64,000 bases of DNA, taken from an uncultured bacterium. Its GTDB lineage: Bacteria; Chloroflexota; UBA5177; JANWHV01. The stretch lies in the NCBI GenBank assembly GCA_963827235.1, contig CAWHAE010000016.1:1120001-1184000 (forward strand). Reading direction: 5' to 3'. Positions 62,868-64,000 of this stretch are shown piece after piece. The notes below the pieces were generated by a model that saw nothing but the letters and a program-made list of their open reading frames with translations, was not told the DNA's origin and did no database searches. Within the stretch, counting starts at the first letter, position 1; each line of letters begins with the position of its first letter. The position numbers and the translations under genes are program-made.

Positions 62868-64000
62868 ATGACACGTGCGATCCATCTGGTGTGCAATGCC
62901 CATATCGACCCGGTCTGGCAGTGGGAGTGGGATGAAGGGCTGGCGGCGGCACTGGCGACATTTCGCACTGCCGCGGACATCTGCGAGGAGTCTGAGACGC
63001 TCATCTTCAACCACAACGAGGCGATTCTCTATCAGTGGATCGAGGAGCACGATCGCCGGCTGTTCGACCGAATACGCCGCCTCGCCGGCGCTGGGCGCTG
63101 GCACATCATGGGAGGCTGGTTTCTGCAGCCCGACTGCAATATGCTGGCCGGCGAGTCCTACGTGCGGCAGATAGGAGTTGGGCGCCGGTACTTCCTCGAC
63201 CGATTTGGCATGGCGCCGACGACCGCCATCAACTTCGACGCCTTTGGGCATTCGCGCGGCCTCGTCCAGGTCATGGCGAAGTGCGGCTTCGATTCCTATC
63301 TATGCTGCCGCCCCGATCCCGGCTGGCTGACGCTGCCTGCCGATACCTTCACCTGGGTGGGCTATGACGGATCGCGCGTCACTGTCCACCGTTCGGACCA
63401 GTACGAGTCGGCGCTGGGCGGGGCCCGCAGCAAAGTAGAGACGTGGCTACGCGGCCACCAGGAGACGCAGATCGGCCTCGTCTTGTGGGGCGTCGGAGAC
63501 CACGGCGGCGGACCTTCTCGGAGAGATGTGAAGGATCTAGATGCGCTGATCGGCGAGATTCATAACGCGGACATACGCCATTCGACCCCGGAACAGTATT
63601 TTCGCGACGTGCACGCTCGGGCGGAAGCACTGCCCGAGTTCGCGGAGGACCTCAATCCCTGGGGCGTCGGCTGCTATACGTCGATGGCCCGGGTGAAGCA
63701 GCGGCATCGGCGCCTGGAGGACTCGCTCTACTGTATCGAGCGCATGGCGGCCTGTGCTGCGGCCCAGGATCTGATGGCCTATCCGCACGAGGAGCTTGGC
63801 GCGGCCGAGAGGGACCTGCTGTTCGTGCAGTTCCACGATATTCTTCCGGGTTCTTCGGTGGAGGCGGTGGAATCGGCGGCCTTGCGCACCATGGACCACG
63901 GTCTCGAGCTGCTCGACCGCGTCCGCGTGCATGCCTTCTTTGCTCTGGCCGCCGGCCAGCCGGCAGCGACAGATGGCACTATCCCCGTGCTCGTCTATAA
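62868..64000 (+). CDS. Alpha-mannosidase (GH38), runs off window
   Basis: MTRAIHLVCNAHIDPVWQW, GGWFLQPDCN..GESYVRQ, DAFGHS, GVGDHGGGP, GCYTS, QFHDILPG; GAGGAG RBS; absent from the ORF track because it has no stop in the window. Confidence 0.93.
   Translation, partial: MTRAIHLVCNAHIDPVWQWEWDEGLAAALATFRTAADICEESETLIFNHNEAILYQWIEEHDRRLFDRIRRLAGAGRWHIMGGWFLQPDCNMLAGESYVRQIGVGRRYFLDRFGMAPTTAINFDAFGHSRGLVQVMAKCGFDSYLCCRPDPGWLTLPADTFTWVGYDGSRVTVHRSDQYESALGGARSKVETWLRGHQETQIGLVLWGVGDHGGGPSRRDVKDLDALIGEIHNADIRHSTPEQYFRDVHARAEALPEFAEDLNPWGVGCYTSMARVKQRHRRLEDSLYCIERMAACAAAQDLMAYPHEELGAAERDLLFVQFHDILPGSSVEAVESAALRTMDHGLELLDRVRVHAFFALAAGQPAATDGTIPVLVY

Overview
High-GC bacterial window. The IS families, the Deinococcus/Chloroflexota-type tyrosine integrase and the gene content suggest a soil Chloroflexota-like organism (inference only). 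It alternates intact carbohydrate-utilisation loci with decaying accessory DNA. The intact loci are 20.2-27.7 kb (two glycoside hydrolases, sugar ABC transporter, LacI), a GH51 gene at 33.5 kb, and 51.5-64 kb (GntR-LacI regulator, Opp-type transporter, GH4, SDR, IlvD/Edd dehydratase, DHDPS-family aldolase, GH38). The accessory DNA holds redox/detox genes, an ECF42-YciI pair, four RibD-C/DHFR-like paralogs, a RelE/ParE toxin-antitoxin pair, many pseudogenes, and ISAzo13, IS5 and IS481-like elements. The most striking unexplained feature is a ~525 bp non-coding element present twice (37286-37811 and 46302-46828). Each copy has its own sigma70-like promoter and lies 5' of different small detox/resistance-type genes. 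Many differences between the copies fall in predicted helices and preserve pairing only on the minus strand (G-U wobbles), which points to a ~430-nt structured RNA that I do not recognise.
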